Shown one piece after another: positions 35,632-46,730 of a stretch of 64,000 nt of DNA (positions are counted from its first letter, which is position 1; each line of letters starts with the position of its first letter). A model generated the notes under the pieces. The model worked only from the letters and a program-made list of their open reading frames with translations. It was not told the origin of the DNA and did no database searches. Origin of the DNA: Leucoraja ocellata (lineage: Eukaryota); NCBI GenBank assembly GCA_036785375.1, contig JAWMAR010000302.1, positions 1,550,001-1,614,000 on the forward strand. Reading direction: 5' to 3'. The position numbers and the translations under genes were made by a program.

Positions 35632-36482
35632 CAAGATTCAAGATTCAAGATTCAAGATAGATTTAATTGTCTCATGTGCCAGATGGCACAGTGAAATGAA
35701 TTCCCATACAGCCATACAATAAAAATAAACAAGACTCAACACACTATAGAATTTAACACAAAACATCCCCACACAGCAGAATCAAAGTTTGGGAAGGCAC
35801 CAAAGTCAGTCTTCTTCCTCCACTGTTTCCCGTGGTCAGGGCCTCCTCAAGCCCTCCGCAGTTGCAGCTACGGGCGGCCCGATGTCCAGGACCGCTCGCC
35901 GAGATGATACAAGTCTGACGTCGGGGCTGCAGGACGTCCTCAGCGGTCTGGACACCAGAGTCGGCCCCCCCCTACCGCAGTCAGCGGCTTCCATTGACCG
36001 TAGGCCGCCCCGGGTGGAGACTGCTGCTGTAGACCCTCTACAAGGCGCCCCAGGACCACGATGGCGGGCAGCGCCGCCCGCGTTGGAAGCTCTCCGTACC
36101 AGACCTCCACGATGTTGGAGCAGCGGCCCAACACTCCGGAGCTCCAAAAGGCGACCCAGGTAGGCATCGCCCACTCCGCGGTGACTCCAGTGCTGTGCCG
36201 CCGCTGTAGCAGCCCTGGTCTGGTTCCCGATCCCCGGCAGGAAAGGCCGCTCCGATCCAGCTGGTAGGCTGTGAGGTGGGGGGCGAGGACGCGACTCGGA
36301 GAAATAGTCGCGTCCCCGCCAGGAAGAGACTTGGAGACGGTTACCCCCTTATCCTGCCCCCCTCCCCCACATAGAAAAGTAAGAGTTTCCCCCTAAAACA
36401 GACTTTGGACTAACTAAAAATAAAAAAAAGATAGAAATGACATACAGGCTGTAGGTAGAGGCTGCTGCCAGTGCAGCGCCCC
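35632..36482 (-). mobile_element. ORF-less non-LTR retroposon with (caagatt)n tail
   Basis: Tail at 35632-35658; 3' motif atttcactgtgcc..ggcacatgagacaattaaa; head ggcgctgcactggcagcagcc. Confidence 0.75.
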
Positions 36483-38496
36483 TAGATCCAATGGCGCTCC
36501 ACTGGAGCATGCGGCTGTTCGGAGCCGGCAATGCCTGTACAGATTAATGCTCCGAAAGGGAGTCAACCAGAGGCCTGAGGAGGCAATGCCTGGTTCAGGG
36601 TTGAGTTCTATTTTCTCCAATAAAAAACTCAAACGAGGTTCCATAAAGGAGCTCCTGGCTTAGGAAGCCTTTTTTGAGCTGTGTCTATCAGACACCTGTG
36701 GGAGAAACACCTAGTTCAGGGTTGCGTCATGATAATTTCCGCTCAGTAGAGGGGATTGTTGGAGATTCTTTCATTAGAGACTCCAACTATGTGGATATCG
36801 ATAGAGCAGTCGAATCTCTGATCTAATGGGGATATGCTTCTTTTAATCATGTGAACAATCTATGCTCTGTGTACCGGAGGCATTAACAGGTGGCTCCAGC
36901 CATATGCCTGTGACAACACCTGGCAGGGTTGCAATATTACTCCCACTCTGTTGTGGGGTGTATCAGAAAGAGGTGACTCCAATTATGATGCTGGTTCATC
37001 CAGGTCATATGGGGGCCAGAGGCCTGAGGTAGCAACACCTGGTGCAGGGTTGCACTCTATTTCCTCCCCTGAAATACTCCGTTGAGGCTCCAGAAGGGAG
37101 CAAGGACTTGGAGTCACTAACAGGTGCAACCTGTCTGGTAAGTACAATAAATAATCATGATTTATACCGACAGCAGAGGACTGCGGCAGTGCGGAAAGCC
37201 AATGGCCACTTCGGAGTCGCTGGCAGCGCCGCTCTGCACAGCTAGTTCCGATTTGGCTCCTCAAGGGAGCAGCTTGGCAACCCTGAGTCGGGGCAAAGCC
37301 AAAGCCACATCTGTGAGACAAGTCCTGTCAGATGATTCGGGACAAGAGGACTCTGTCCCCACATCTATGGCAGATGTGATTGACCGTTTTTCTCAATTGG
37401 AACATCTGATGGATCAGATGGTAGCACAAAATATGCTCTGTGTTACGGAGGCATGCACAGGCAGTATGAGTCATATGCCAGTAGCAATACCTGGTGCAGG
37501 GTTGCAATATTCCTCCCACTCGGATGAAGAGAGTGTCGGAGTTTGTGGCACAAAATATGCTCTGTGTTATGGAGGCATGCACAGGTAGTTCAAGTCATAC
37601 GCCTGTGGCAACACCTGGTTCAGGTTTGCAGTATTTCTCCCACTTTGTCGAGGGGAGTGTCGGAGTAAGTGCCTGAATCCCATACTTTAATGCATGATGT
37701 ACGAGAGTTGCATAAGGAAGATATGCCTGCTCTTGCCTCTAAATTTGCTGTTCCCTTTTTTGAAGGAATACGTGCCCTCCACTCCCAACCCTACTTCTCA
37801 TAAAGATCATTCGGTAATTCTAAGGTCGTTAATCTTTTTATAGCTTAAGTTCAGGAACTAGTCTGTAGTTTCATATAGCTGCTCTGAAGATTGACGCGCA
37901 TGCGGGCTGGTGGGCTCTTCACATAATCCCTCACTTCAACTTCTCAGAAAATAAAGATCAAACCTCAAACGGTAAGTTCTTGTTTAATCTTTCTATTTTC
38001 CTTGATCTCCATTCCCTATGTCCAGTTTCCACACCTTACATTTCCTTATCTCTACACTTCCTTATCTATGTACCTCCCATTCTCCTGACATCAGTCTGAA
38101 AAAGTGTCTCGTCCTGAAATGTCATCCATTTCTTCTCTCCAGAGATGCAGCCTGACCCGCTGTGTTACTCCAGCATTTTTCGTCTATCTCTTATTTTAAC
38201 ATTGTATCAACACTTGTTTATAGTCAGCACAGATGTAGTCACTTCAATTATGCTCTTTGAAGTCTCTTAAGAATTTTGTACATTTCAACATTTCTCATTC
38301 TTCTTAACTCCAAGATTTAAAATGTAGTTCATTAATGTCTCCTCATACGACAAACCTGCCATCCCAGTGATCAACCTGGTAAACCTTCACTGCACTTTCT
38401 TTGATTTTCTTCTTTCGATGGGGAGACTACCGCTGTACACAATATTCCAGATGGAGCCTCACTGGAGGTTAGTTCTCTCACGTTAAAGACAATTTT

Positions 38497-38781
38497 AGGT
38501 GGTGCAGCGGTAGAGCTACTGCCTTGCAGTGCCAGAGACCTGGGTTTGATCCTGACAGCGGGTATGGAGTTTGTATGTTCTCCCCGTGACCTATATGGGA
38601 TCTCTCCGAGATCGTTGGTTTCCTCCCACACTCTAAAGATATACAGATTTGTAGATTAATTGACTTGGTAAAGTTGTCCCTAGTGTGTGTAGGATAGTGT
38701 TAATGTGTGGGGATTGCTGATCGGTGCGGACTCGGTGGGCTGAAGAGCCTGTTTCTGCTCTGTATCTCTAAACTAAACTAA
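38497..38781 (+). mobile_element. HE1/V-SINE-like SINE
   Basis: Same head, body and (aaact)n tail as the other copies. Confidence 0.85.
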
Positions 38782-38969
38782 ACAAAAGTTATACCATTTG
38801 TCTTGATAATTGCTTACAGAACCCATTTGTTTAGTAATTTGTGTGCAAGTCCCTCTGAGCATCAACATCTTTCACTCTTTCAACATTTAATAAATACTTT
38901 GCCTTAGTATTTGTTCCACAATAGTGGTTAATCGCAGAAATTTCCACATGATGTGTGAACTACGGCACC

Positions 38970-39425
38970 TTCTGGATGCCTTCATGAGGTGCCGCTGAGA
39001 AGCCGAGGCTGGAGTCTCGCGGGTCAGAGGTGGAGGCTCGCAGGTCAGAGGTGGAGCCTCGTGGGTCGATAAAGCCCATGGCTGGGCATGGATCGGAGGT
39101 GTCTGGAGAGGACCTGGCAACGTTAGTGGGGAGGTCGGTGAGACGGTCGATGATGGCACCGACCGACGGATGAGGACGGACACGTGGAAGTGAGAACATC
39201 TCTGCTGAGGGAAGGAAAGGAGGAACCGGCGTGGGGGGGGGGGCCACCATGAGGGAAGGGGAGGGGGGATGAACAAAGAGGAGACTGGCACAGCGGTGGA
39301 GTAGAATTTGTAACTTTGTAAACGCTCTGTACGGGCGACTATTTGCATGCCTCAGGTATGCAAGCAACGAATTTCACCTTGACTTGTCACATGTCATAAT
39401 AAAGTATTGAATTCAATTCAATTCT
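38970..39425 (+). mobile_element. Short ORF-less retroposon with (attca)n tail
   Basis: 3' gaatttcacc..gtcataataaagtattgaattcaattcaattc; GC-rich body with a short tandem repeat ggtcagaggtggag. Confidence 0.6.
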
Positions 39426-40065
39426 ACTATGATCTTGCTCATAGACTGTCTATGTGCTTCTGAGGCATCTCTGATCCTTTTCACTGCTCCCACTGGATCT
39501 TAGGATATTAATTGGGACTCAGTGAGATTGACAGCTGTAAAGCAAAGGCCATGCATGGTATAAAGATTAATGGCATCTTGGAAAACAATGGCCTTATATT
39601 ATATGGGGGGTCATGGTTTAGAGAGAGGCACGAAGAAGGGTTAACATAATTGTATTGGGACTCTAAAAGGTAGGAGTAAACTCTCCAAAAAAAATAGTTT
39701 TGCCTTTATCAACAGTTTAATGAGATTGTTGATATTGATCCTAAGTGAGTGAATGATCATGACTCTTGAGAAGGTATCAAAGATAAATAGCAACACTTCA
39801 AGAAGACAGCAAGGGATATGGATGGGTAGAGTGCTTAAACATGTTAAAAGCCCTCTTCATGTGTTATAATAATTTTGTGCTTAAAGAAGGTTGAAACTGA
39901 GCATGTGCAGCTGACATTGCAGTCTACTTTGGTCAGATTCTGTTCTCATTTGTCAAAGGACAAACGACAATCGTAAAACAATAAAATATGATTGAAAAGG
40001 TAACATGACATTTGCTTATCTGTAATGGTGTGGAATTGAGCTGTGTTTATTCTGCTGTCTTTCAG

Positions 40066-40225
40066 GGGTGCATGATGTATCTTTGTTATGAGACCATTTG
40101 GACGAAGGAAATGTTCTAAAGTGCCTTCTACAATAAACAAAGCATTAAAGGAAAATTCTGTATATAAGGAGCAGATTAATCTTTGTTCATTAAGTGATCA
40201 CTGTATTTGGTGCTCTTGAATAAAG
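40066..40225 (+). other. Candidate terminal exon of the upstream host gene
   Basis: ttattctgctgtctttcag| acceptor; early stop in all three frames; aataaa at ~40132 and ~40219; AT-rich non-repeat context. Confidence 0.3.
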
Positions 40226-41339
40226 TCATGATTGTCTTATCCAATCTTTGTGTTATGTTTTCAAGTTTTCATTAACAGAAGGTAAAGCCTTTTAAGTTGA
40301 AAATGGAAGAATGTTTGTTTACCAAGAAATATTCTCAAAATATTAATTTTATTGCTTAATTAATTCTACTCTTAAACAGTTGTATAATCAAGCAATGTTA
40401 AAATGAAATCATAGTTTGCTTAGAAAGGTTGGGACCAAAAAGGTTGGCTATCCTTTTAGCCAATTTTCCAAAGCAAAGAGCATTATAACCATGGTCCCGT
40501 GCAACTTTCAAAACAGAAACTAAATGACACCAAGACAGAATGATAAAACCATGTTCCCACCCTTGACTAATACAAACAATAAAAATGTTCAAAAACATCC
40601 CGGAGTTCAAATGATTTATATGGTATCTTCATGTGGACAGGATGTGGACAGTATCACAAAAGACAAACCTCTGGCAAAGTGGTCAAAGAGTTCCATAATA
40701 GTGAGTAGACAGACGGCAGAGGAACAGAAGATAGACACAAAGTGCTGGAGTAACTCAGTGGGTCAGTCAGCATCTCTGGAGAGAAGGAATGGGCGATGTT
40801 TCGGGTCGAGACCCTTCTGCAGTCCTTTCCTACACATTTTGTCTGCTCCTCTGTGAAATCTCATCAAGGTATGTCTACTTTGAAGAAGTTCTCCTCCCCT
40901 TCTCTCGAGAGATGCTGCCTATCGCGCTGGGTTCCTCCAACATTTTGCATCAACAGATTTAAACCAGCATCTGCAGTTCTTTCCTACGTAGAGGAGTAGA
41001 AATTGGTTATGCTTCAAAAATTGATGGAACACTTTATTCACTAATTTCATTTAATCAAATTGGCAGCAAGGACTGATAAAATCCCTCGACAATTAAAGTG
41101 ATATTACTCCAGGAGCAGTATGAAAAGATATATCATGTTGCTTCCAAACATTTATGACATCTGCCAGGGCAATTAAATTCACCAATTTAGATAAGTTATA
41201 TTTATCAATTGGAAGAGATCTGCACGTAATTAGTTTGAATCTGAATTATTTTGGCTCCATGCCCAATACCTGTTTGTGGTTAAAGATCTCTCTAGAAATG
41301 TTGTAAGAAGGAACATCAGATGCTGGGTTATACCGAAGA

Positions 41340-41510
41340 TAGACACAAAATGCTGGAGTAACTCAGCGGGACAGGCAGCATCTCTGGAGAGAAGGAATGG
41401 GTCACGTATCAGGTCGAGACCCTTTCTTCAGTGTGACCCAAAACTTCACCCATTTCTTCTCTCCAGAGATGCTGCCTGTCCCGCTCAGTTACTCCAGCAT
41501 TTTGTGTCTA
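41340..41510. repeat. Penelope-end-derived hairpin element (related copies near 40730, 48960, 50835-51320, 55300-55440, 57270, 61950)
   Basis: Arms tagacacaaaatgctggagtaact.agcgggacaggcagcatctctggagagaag and its reverse complement; matches the Penelope tail at 38095-38190. Confidence 0.85.
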
Positions 41511-41544
41511 CCATTGATTGAAACAAATGCTATATTTAAAATAT

Positions 41545-42158
41545 ACTAGACTAAGTGCAGACCTGTTGTGTCTGCCCCCGAACGCAATGTTCCACCACTC
41601 ACCCATTCCCCCAACACAATATTCCACCACATACGCATAGCCCCCAACTGCACAGGTGCGACTCATTTCTCCTCATCTTCAGCACTCCCTCCCCCTCCTC
41701 TTCACCCACCCTCTTCTTTACCCCCTGCTCCTCTCCACTTCACCAATCCCTCCCTCACCGCTCCCTCCCTCTCCTATCCCCTACCCTCAGTCACTCCCTC
41801 CCTCCCTACATAACTCCTCTCCCCAACCTACCCCCTCCTATCCATCTATCCCCCACACCTCACCTCCCCTATCCCCCCAATATCCCTCCTGACCTCCCCC
41901 ACTGCCCTCCTCTCCCTCTATTCCCCACTCCTTACCTCCCCCATTTCCCCCTCTCCCTCTATTTCTCCTCCTCACTCACTCTCCCTCCTCATCTCCCCCA
42001 ATTTCCCCCTCTACTTCCCTGCCCCCTCCTCTCCTTCAATCCCTCCTCACCTCCCCAGGATATTTCCCCTCTCCTCCTCCTATTCCCCAATCCTTCCCTC
42101 ACCTCTCCCTCCCTCTCCTTTCCCCTACCCTCAGTCACCCCCTCCCTCCCTCTCTCCA
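41545..42158 (-). repeat. Probable non-autonomous Helitron 3' end followed by a ~480-bp C/T-rich low-complexity tract
   Basis: Minus strand ends ...ttagtctag|t with a nearby hairpin (gcagac..gtctgc); tract ~41680-42155 almost lacks G. Confidence 0.5.
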
Positions 42159-42299
42159 TAAAAAGCAGCATCTGCAGTTAATCCTTCCACAGGTCATTTA
42201 TTGTTAGCTCTGGTTTTGATCCCATTGACTTGACAATTGGACCAGTTTTCTTTGTGTATGCATGTGAGTTACTCAAACTCAAACTTCTTGGCCACCCTG

Positions 42300-42830
42300 C
42301 AACCAGATTCTCCCTCCCTCCCTCTGCCCACTGCGGGTCAGCCCCTGCTTGGCCCGTCCCCGTCCTGCCCAGCCACTGCTGCCGCACAGCCAATACCAGC
42401 CCTGCCCACCCGCCTACCTGTCTGCCTGCTCGTTGCCGCGGCCGGGCTGGGCCACGGGGGGGAATGGAGTTGGTGTTCGTCACGGTGGGCACCATGAGTT
42501 TTGATGAGCTGGTGGAGAAGATCTCCTATGAGAGGGTTGTGAGGGTGTTACCGCAGCGACGGCGGTTGCGGAGGAGACGGACGGTCACAGCTATTCAACC
42601 GGGATGACTGGTAGACGGGACCACCATTGCCGCAGAGGGCGGGTGGGCAGCGGAGAGGGATTAGTGAGGGAGAGAGAGACAGGGCCAGGGTCGCCACTGA
42701 ACACCCCCGCAGCTTCCACCGGTGGTGGGGGTGACAGTAGACAAGTTACTGTGAGGAGGGGAGAGAAAAGTATGTGAATGAGGAGCGAGAGGCTGCAGTG
42801 CAGGAAGGGGCGTCACCGTCCCGGCCATGG
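42300..42830 (+). promoter_or_regulatory. GC/CpG-rich region around the ALG13-like start codon (probable promoter and first exon)
   Basis: Locally high GC and CpG with no recognisable repeat; gggcgg motif at ~42637. Confidence 0.5.
42464..42544 (+). CDS. ALG13: First coding exon of ALG13 (UDP-GlcNAc transferase subunit) or a duplicate of it
   Basis: ATG at 42464 gives MELVFVTVGTMSFDELVEKISYERVVR (27 codons), matching the ALG13 N-terminal VFVTVGTTSFDxL motif; GT follows at 42545 and similarity stops there; exon 2 not found in the window. Confidence 0.78.
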
Positions 42831-42874
42831 CATTGATTGATGGGAGTGAAGGCCAATCTTAATAATATAAACCA

Positions 42875-44350
42875 ATGTTATTAAAGATGGGATAGCAGCA
42901 CATTTGGAAAGTGGTGAAATCATTGGACAAAGTCAGCATGGATTTATGAAAGGTAAATCATGTCTGACGAACCTTATAGAATGTTTCGAGGATGTAACTA
43001 GTAGAGTGGATAAGGGAGAACCAGTGGATGTCTTATATCTGGACTTTCAGAAGGCTTTCGACAAGGTCCCACATAAGTGATTAGTATGCAAACTTAAAGC
43101 ACACGGTAATGAGGATTCAGTATTGATGTGGATAGAGAACTGGCTGGCACACAGGAGGCAAAGAGTAGGAGTAAACGGGTCCTTTTCAGAATGGCAGGCA
43201 GTGACCAGTGGGGTGCTGCAAGGCTCGGTGCTGGGACCCCAGCTATTTACAATATATATTAATGATTTGGACGAGGGAATTGAATGCAACATCTCCAAGT
43301 TTGTGGATGACACGAAGCTGGGAGGCAGGGTTAGCTGTGAGGAGGATGCTAGGAGGCTGCAAGGTGACTTGGATAGGTTGGGTGAGTGGGCAAATGCATG
43401 GCAGATGCAGTATAATGTGGATAAATGTGAGGTTATCCACATTGTATTGTTGTATTGTATTGTATTTTAATGACCACACAGCCAGGCTGGTGGAATTTGT
43501 TATCAGTACAGCTCGGTACAGGTTCCAACATTTCATCAACATTAAACATATAACATAGATATACATACAGGCAGACACATTACATAATACATAAGGGCCA
43601 TGCTTATTCTTATTCCTCACCGTACAGAGTTTAAAATGTTAATTGCAGTGGGAATGAAACTGTTTTTGAAGTGGTTTGTTTTGTAGGCAATTGTCCTGTA
43701 TGAAGAAAGTATGTTAGCATTCATAGCAAAATGATTTTAATATAGGAGTAGGGAGGTTCTACTGCAGTTGTACAGGGCCCTGGTAAGACGACACCTGGAG
43801 TATTGTGTGCAGTTTTGGTCTCCTAATCTGAGGAAATACATTCTTTCCATAGAGAGAGTACAGAGAAGGTTCACCAGACTGATTCCTGGGGTAGCAGGAC
43901 TTTCATCTGAAGAAAGATTGGATAGACTTTGGATGTACTCGCTAGAATTAAGAAGATTGAGGGGGGATCTTATAGAAACTTACAAAATTCTTAAGGGGTT
44001 GGACAGGCTAGATGCAGGAAGATTGTTCCCGATGTTGGGGAAGTCAAGAACAAGGGGGTCACAGTTTAAGGATAAGGGGGAAGTCTTTTAGGACCGAGAT
44101 GAGAACAATATTTTTCACATAGAGGGTGGTGAATCTGTGGAATTCTTTGCCACAGAAGGTAGTTGAGACCAGTTCATTGGCTATATTTAAGAGGGCGTTA
44201 GATGTGGCCCTTGTGGCTAAAGGGATCTGAGAAGAAGAGAAGGCAGGTACAGGATACTGAGTTGGATGATCAGCCATGATCATATTGAATGGCGGTGCAG
44301 GCTCGATGGACCGAATGGCCCACTCCTGCACCTATTTTCTATGTTTCTAT
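42875..44350 (+). mobile_element. 5'-truncated CR1, with a minus-strand (attgt)n-tailed LINE end inserted at ~43441-43700
   Basis: '[24 protein letters not shown]...KFVDDTKLG'; tail tattttctatgtttcta. Confidence 0.92.
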
Positions 44351-44474
44351 ATGTGTGACGCTGACTGACAGGAGATGAGACCAATCGGCGTATGCACGGT
44401 TTTTAAGATTTTTAAACCTTAATAACTTTTAAAATACCATCATTTGCACTTGTAGCACAGGAAAATGGTGATAA

Positions 44475-44645
44475 NNNNNNNNNNNNNNNNNNNNNNNNNN
44501 NNNNNNNNNNNNNNNNNNNNNNNNNNNNNNNNNNNNNNNNNNNNNNNNNNNNNNNNNNNNNNNNNNNNNNNNNNNNNNNNNNNNNNNNNNNNNNNNNNNN
44601 NNNNNNNNNNNNNNNNNNNNNNNNNNNNNNNNNNNNNNNNNNNNN
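44475..44645. other. Assembly gap (N run)
   Basis: Run of N. Confidence 1.
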
Positions 44646-46652
44646 ATTAAGGTCCTGATTATCACCATCATTTCACGCTGAGGGTCACTTCTGGGTCAGA
44701 AAGATCAGACTGGCATCGGCTTGGAAAAGGAATAATAATGGGCTGCACCATTTCTGTTATTCTTTTTGCTCTTGCCATGAACATGGTGGCCAAATCAGCC
44801 GAGGTGGAATGCAGAGGCCCCCTAACCAAGTCTGGTGTACGACAGCCCCCAATAAGAGCTTTTATGGTCGACCTTACCATCACTACAACATCGGTTCCAG
44901 GATGTAGGTGGATCCTACAAGGTCTTGACCTGGGCAAGGATGAGTTTCAAGCCGACAAAGTCAAGGTCCATGGTGCTGAAGAAGGGGAAGGTGACTGACA
45001 GATTCCACTTCTTCCTATCCGGAACGGCCATTCCCTCATTCACTGAGCAACCTGTCAAGAGTTTGGGTAAGGTTTTTGACGCAACTATGAAAGACTCTGC
45101 CGCCATTCAAAAGTCCATCAAAGACCTTGAAGACTGGCTCACCAAAGTCGACAAGTCAGGTCTGCCAGGCAGATTCAAGGCCTGGATCTATCAACATTCC
45201 GTCCTGCCCCGAGTTATGTGGCCTTTGCTGGTTTACGCTGTTCCATTGACCACAATTGAGTCTCTCGAAAGGAAGATCAGCGGCTTTCTCCGCAGGTGGC
45301 TTGGCCTTCCCCGCAACCTCAACAGTGCTGCGCTGTATGGGACCAGTAACATCTTGCAGCTCCCATTCAGTGGCCTCACGGAAGAGTTTATGGTGGAGCA
45401 AACAAGAGAAGCTCTGCAGTACAGGGACTCCAATGACCAGAAGGTGTCATTGGCTGGCATCGGGGTGTGAACAGGGGGGAAATGGAGGGCGGAGAAAGCA
45501 GTGGAGGTGGCAGAGTCACGCCTAAGGCAAAAGGCATTGATGGGAGTCATGGAAACTAGCAGAGTGTGTTTGGGATACTTCCCTAAGACACCGGTTGGTA
45601 AGGCCCGGGGCAAGGAGAGACACCATCTAATCCAGGAAGAGGCCCGAGCAGGTGTGGAGGAAGAGCGTGTGAGCAGGATGGTGGGGCTCAGGCAGCAGGT
45701 AGCATGGACAAGGTGGGAGAACATAACGCAGCGCAGGATTACCTGGTCAAACATCATGCAGGCAGACTTCCAGCGCATCCGGTTCTTTGTCCAAGCTGTC
45801 CACGATGCCCTACCAAGTCCAGCAAACCTCCGCGTCTGGGGAAAGAGCGAGACACCTTCCTGCCCACTTTATTCTGCAAGAGGATCATTAGGAGATCTCC
45901 TCAGCAGCTGCCCAAAGTCTCTTGGGGAAGGTCGCTATCGGTGGTGGCATGACCAGGTGCTCAAAGTGGTTGCTGAGATCATTGCCACTGCCATCGGTGA
46001 CAGCAAACACCACCATGTCCCATAAGAAATCAATCACTTTTATCAAAGCTGGAGAGAAGCCCCAAACACAACCATAAAACAAGGACGGGCCTCCTCTACA
46101 TAGCTACTGTCTGGCAGCTGCATGTGGATCTGGGAAAACAGCTGAAATATCCACAGCACATCACAGCAACATCACTCCACCAGACACGATCATCACCTCT
46201 GAAGTGACAAAACAGCTGATCATTCTGAAGCTGACAGTGCCCTGGGAAGAATGTATTGAAGAGGCTAATGAGAGAAAACATGCAAAGTACCAGGAACTGG
46301 TGCAGATTTGCCAGGACTGTGGCAGGAAGACATATTATGAGCCCATAGAGGTGGGCTGTAGAGGCTTTGCAGGAAGCTCACTCTGCAAAGTCTTCAACCA
46401 GTTGGGGATTATGGGGCTGGCAAAGAAGAGGGCCATTCAATCCGCAAGTTAAGTCAGAGACAAAGCCACGAGGTGGCTTTGGATTAAGAGGGCTGATCCA
46501 TGAGCGGTTGCTGCTGGGACACAAGTTGGGGCTTGATCAACCCCAGCTGGGTCGCTTGGGTGAGGGTGTCTGATGTTGTGAGACCCAAAACACCTGATGA
46601 CCCCAGGTCACATCGCTGAGGATGTATCCCAGCGCATCTAGAAGATGTATCT
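44646..46652 (+). mobile_element. R2-superfamily (HERO-like) non-LTR retrotransposon with restriction-like endonuclease, degenerate; 5' part lost in the gap
   Basis: RT 'GCTISVILFALAMN...AFMVDLT...MSFKPTKSRS'; zinc-knuckle remnant 'CPL.....SL..LLSSC..SL.EGRYRWWHDQVL'; endonuclease 'PD......KQLIILKLTVPWEE..EEANERK.AKY...IEVGCRGF'. Confidence 0.88.
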
Positions 46653-46655
46653 TTC

Positions 46656-46718
<63 letters not shown>

Positions 46719-46730
46719 TAGATAGATAGA
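46656..46730. repeat. (GACA)n(GATA)n compound microsatellite
   Basis: Directly visible, adjacent to the HERO-like 3' end. Confidence 0.98.

Larger units (their letters stand above)
33874..37999 (+). mobile_element. Second DIRS-family element, deletion derivative (no RT or YR)
   Basis: atttt at both ends; termini similar to 25971-30950 (gtgactacgtgaaga...; aaataaagatcaaac...ggtaagttc..gtttaatctt); ITR gaagagccc..gcccgcatgcgcgtcaa and its reverse complement near 37890-37920. Confidence 0.85.
23828..38190 (+). mobile_element. Penelope-like element in three pieces (23828-23913, 32335-33873, 38000-38190)
   Basis: RT 'LISTYLDSILSPLV|QS.PTY' split by the CR1; 'LVLTLNNFSFD..FLQIQGIAMG'; tacattgacgac (YIDD); GIY-YIG domain; terminal repeat tail resumes after the second DIRS. 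Confidence 0.88.

Noticed and set aside
41555-42181. 208-aa Pro/Leu/Ser-rich ORF
   Set aside because: Low-complexity C/T tract that lacks stops by composition
44429-44671. ORFs spanning the N run
   Set aside because: Artefacts of the assembly gap
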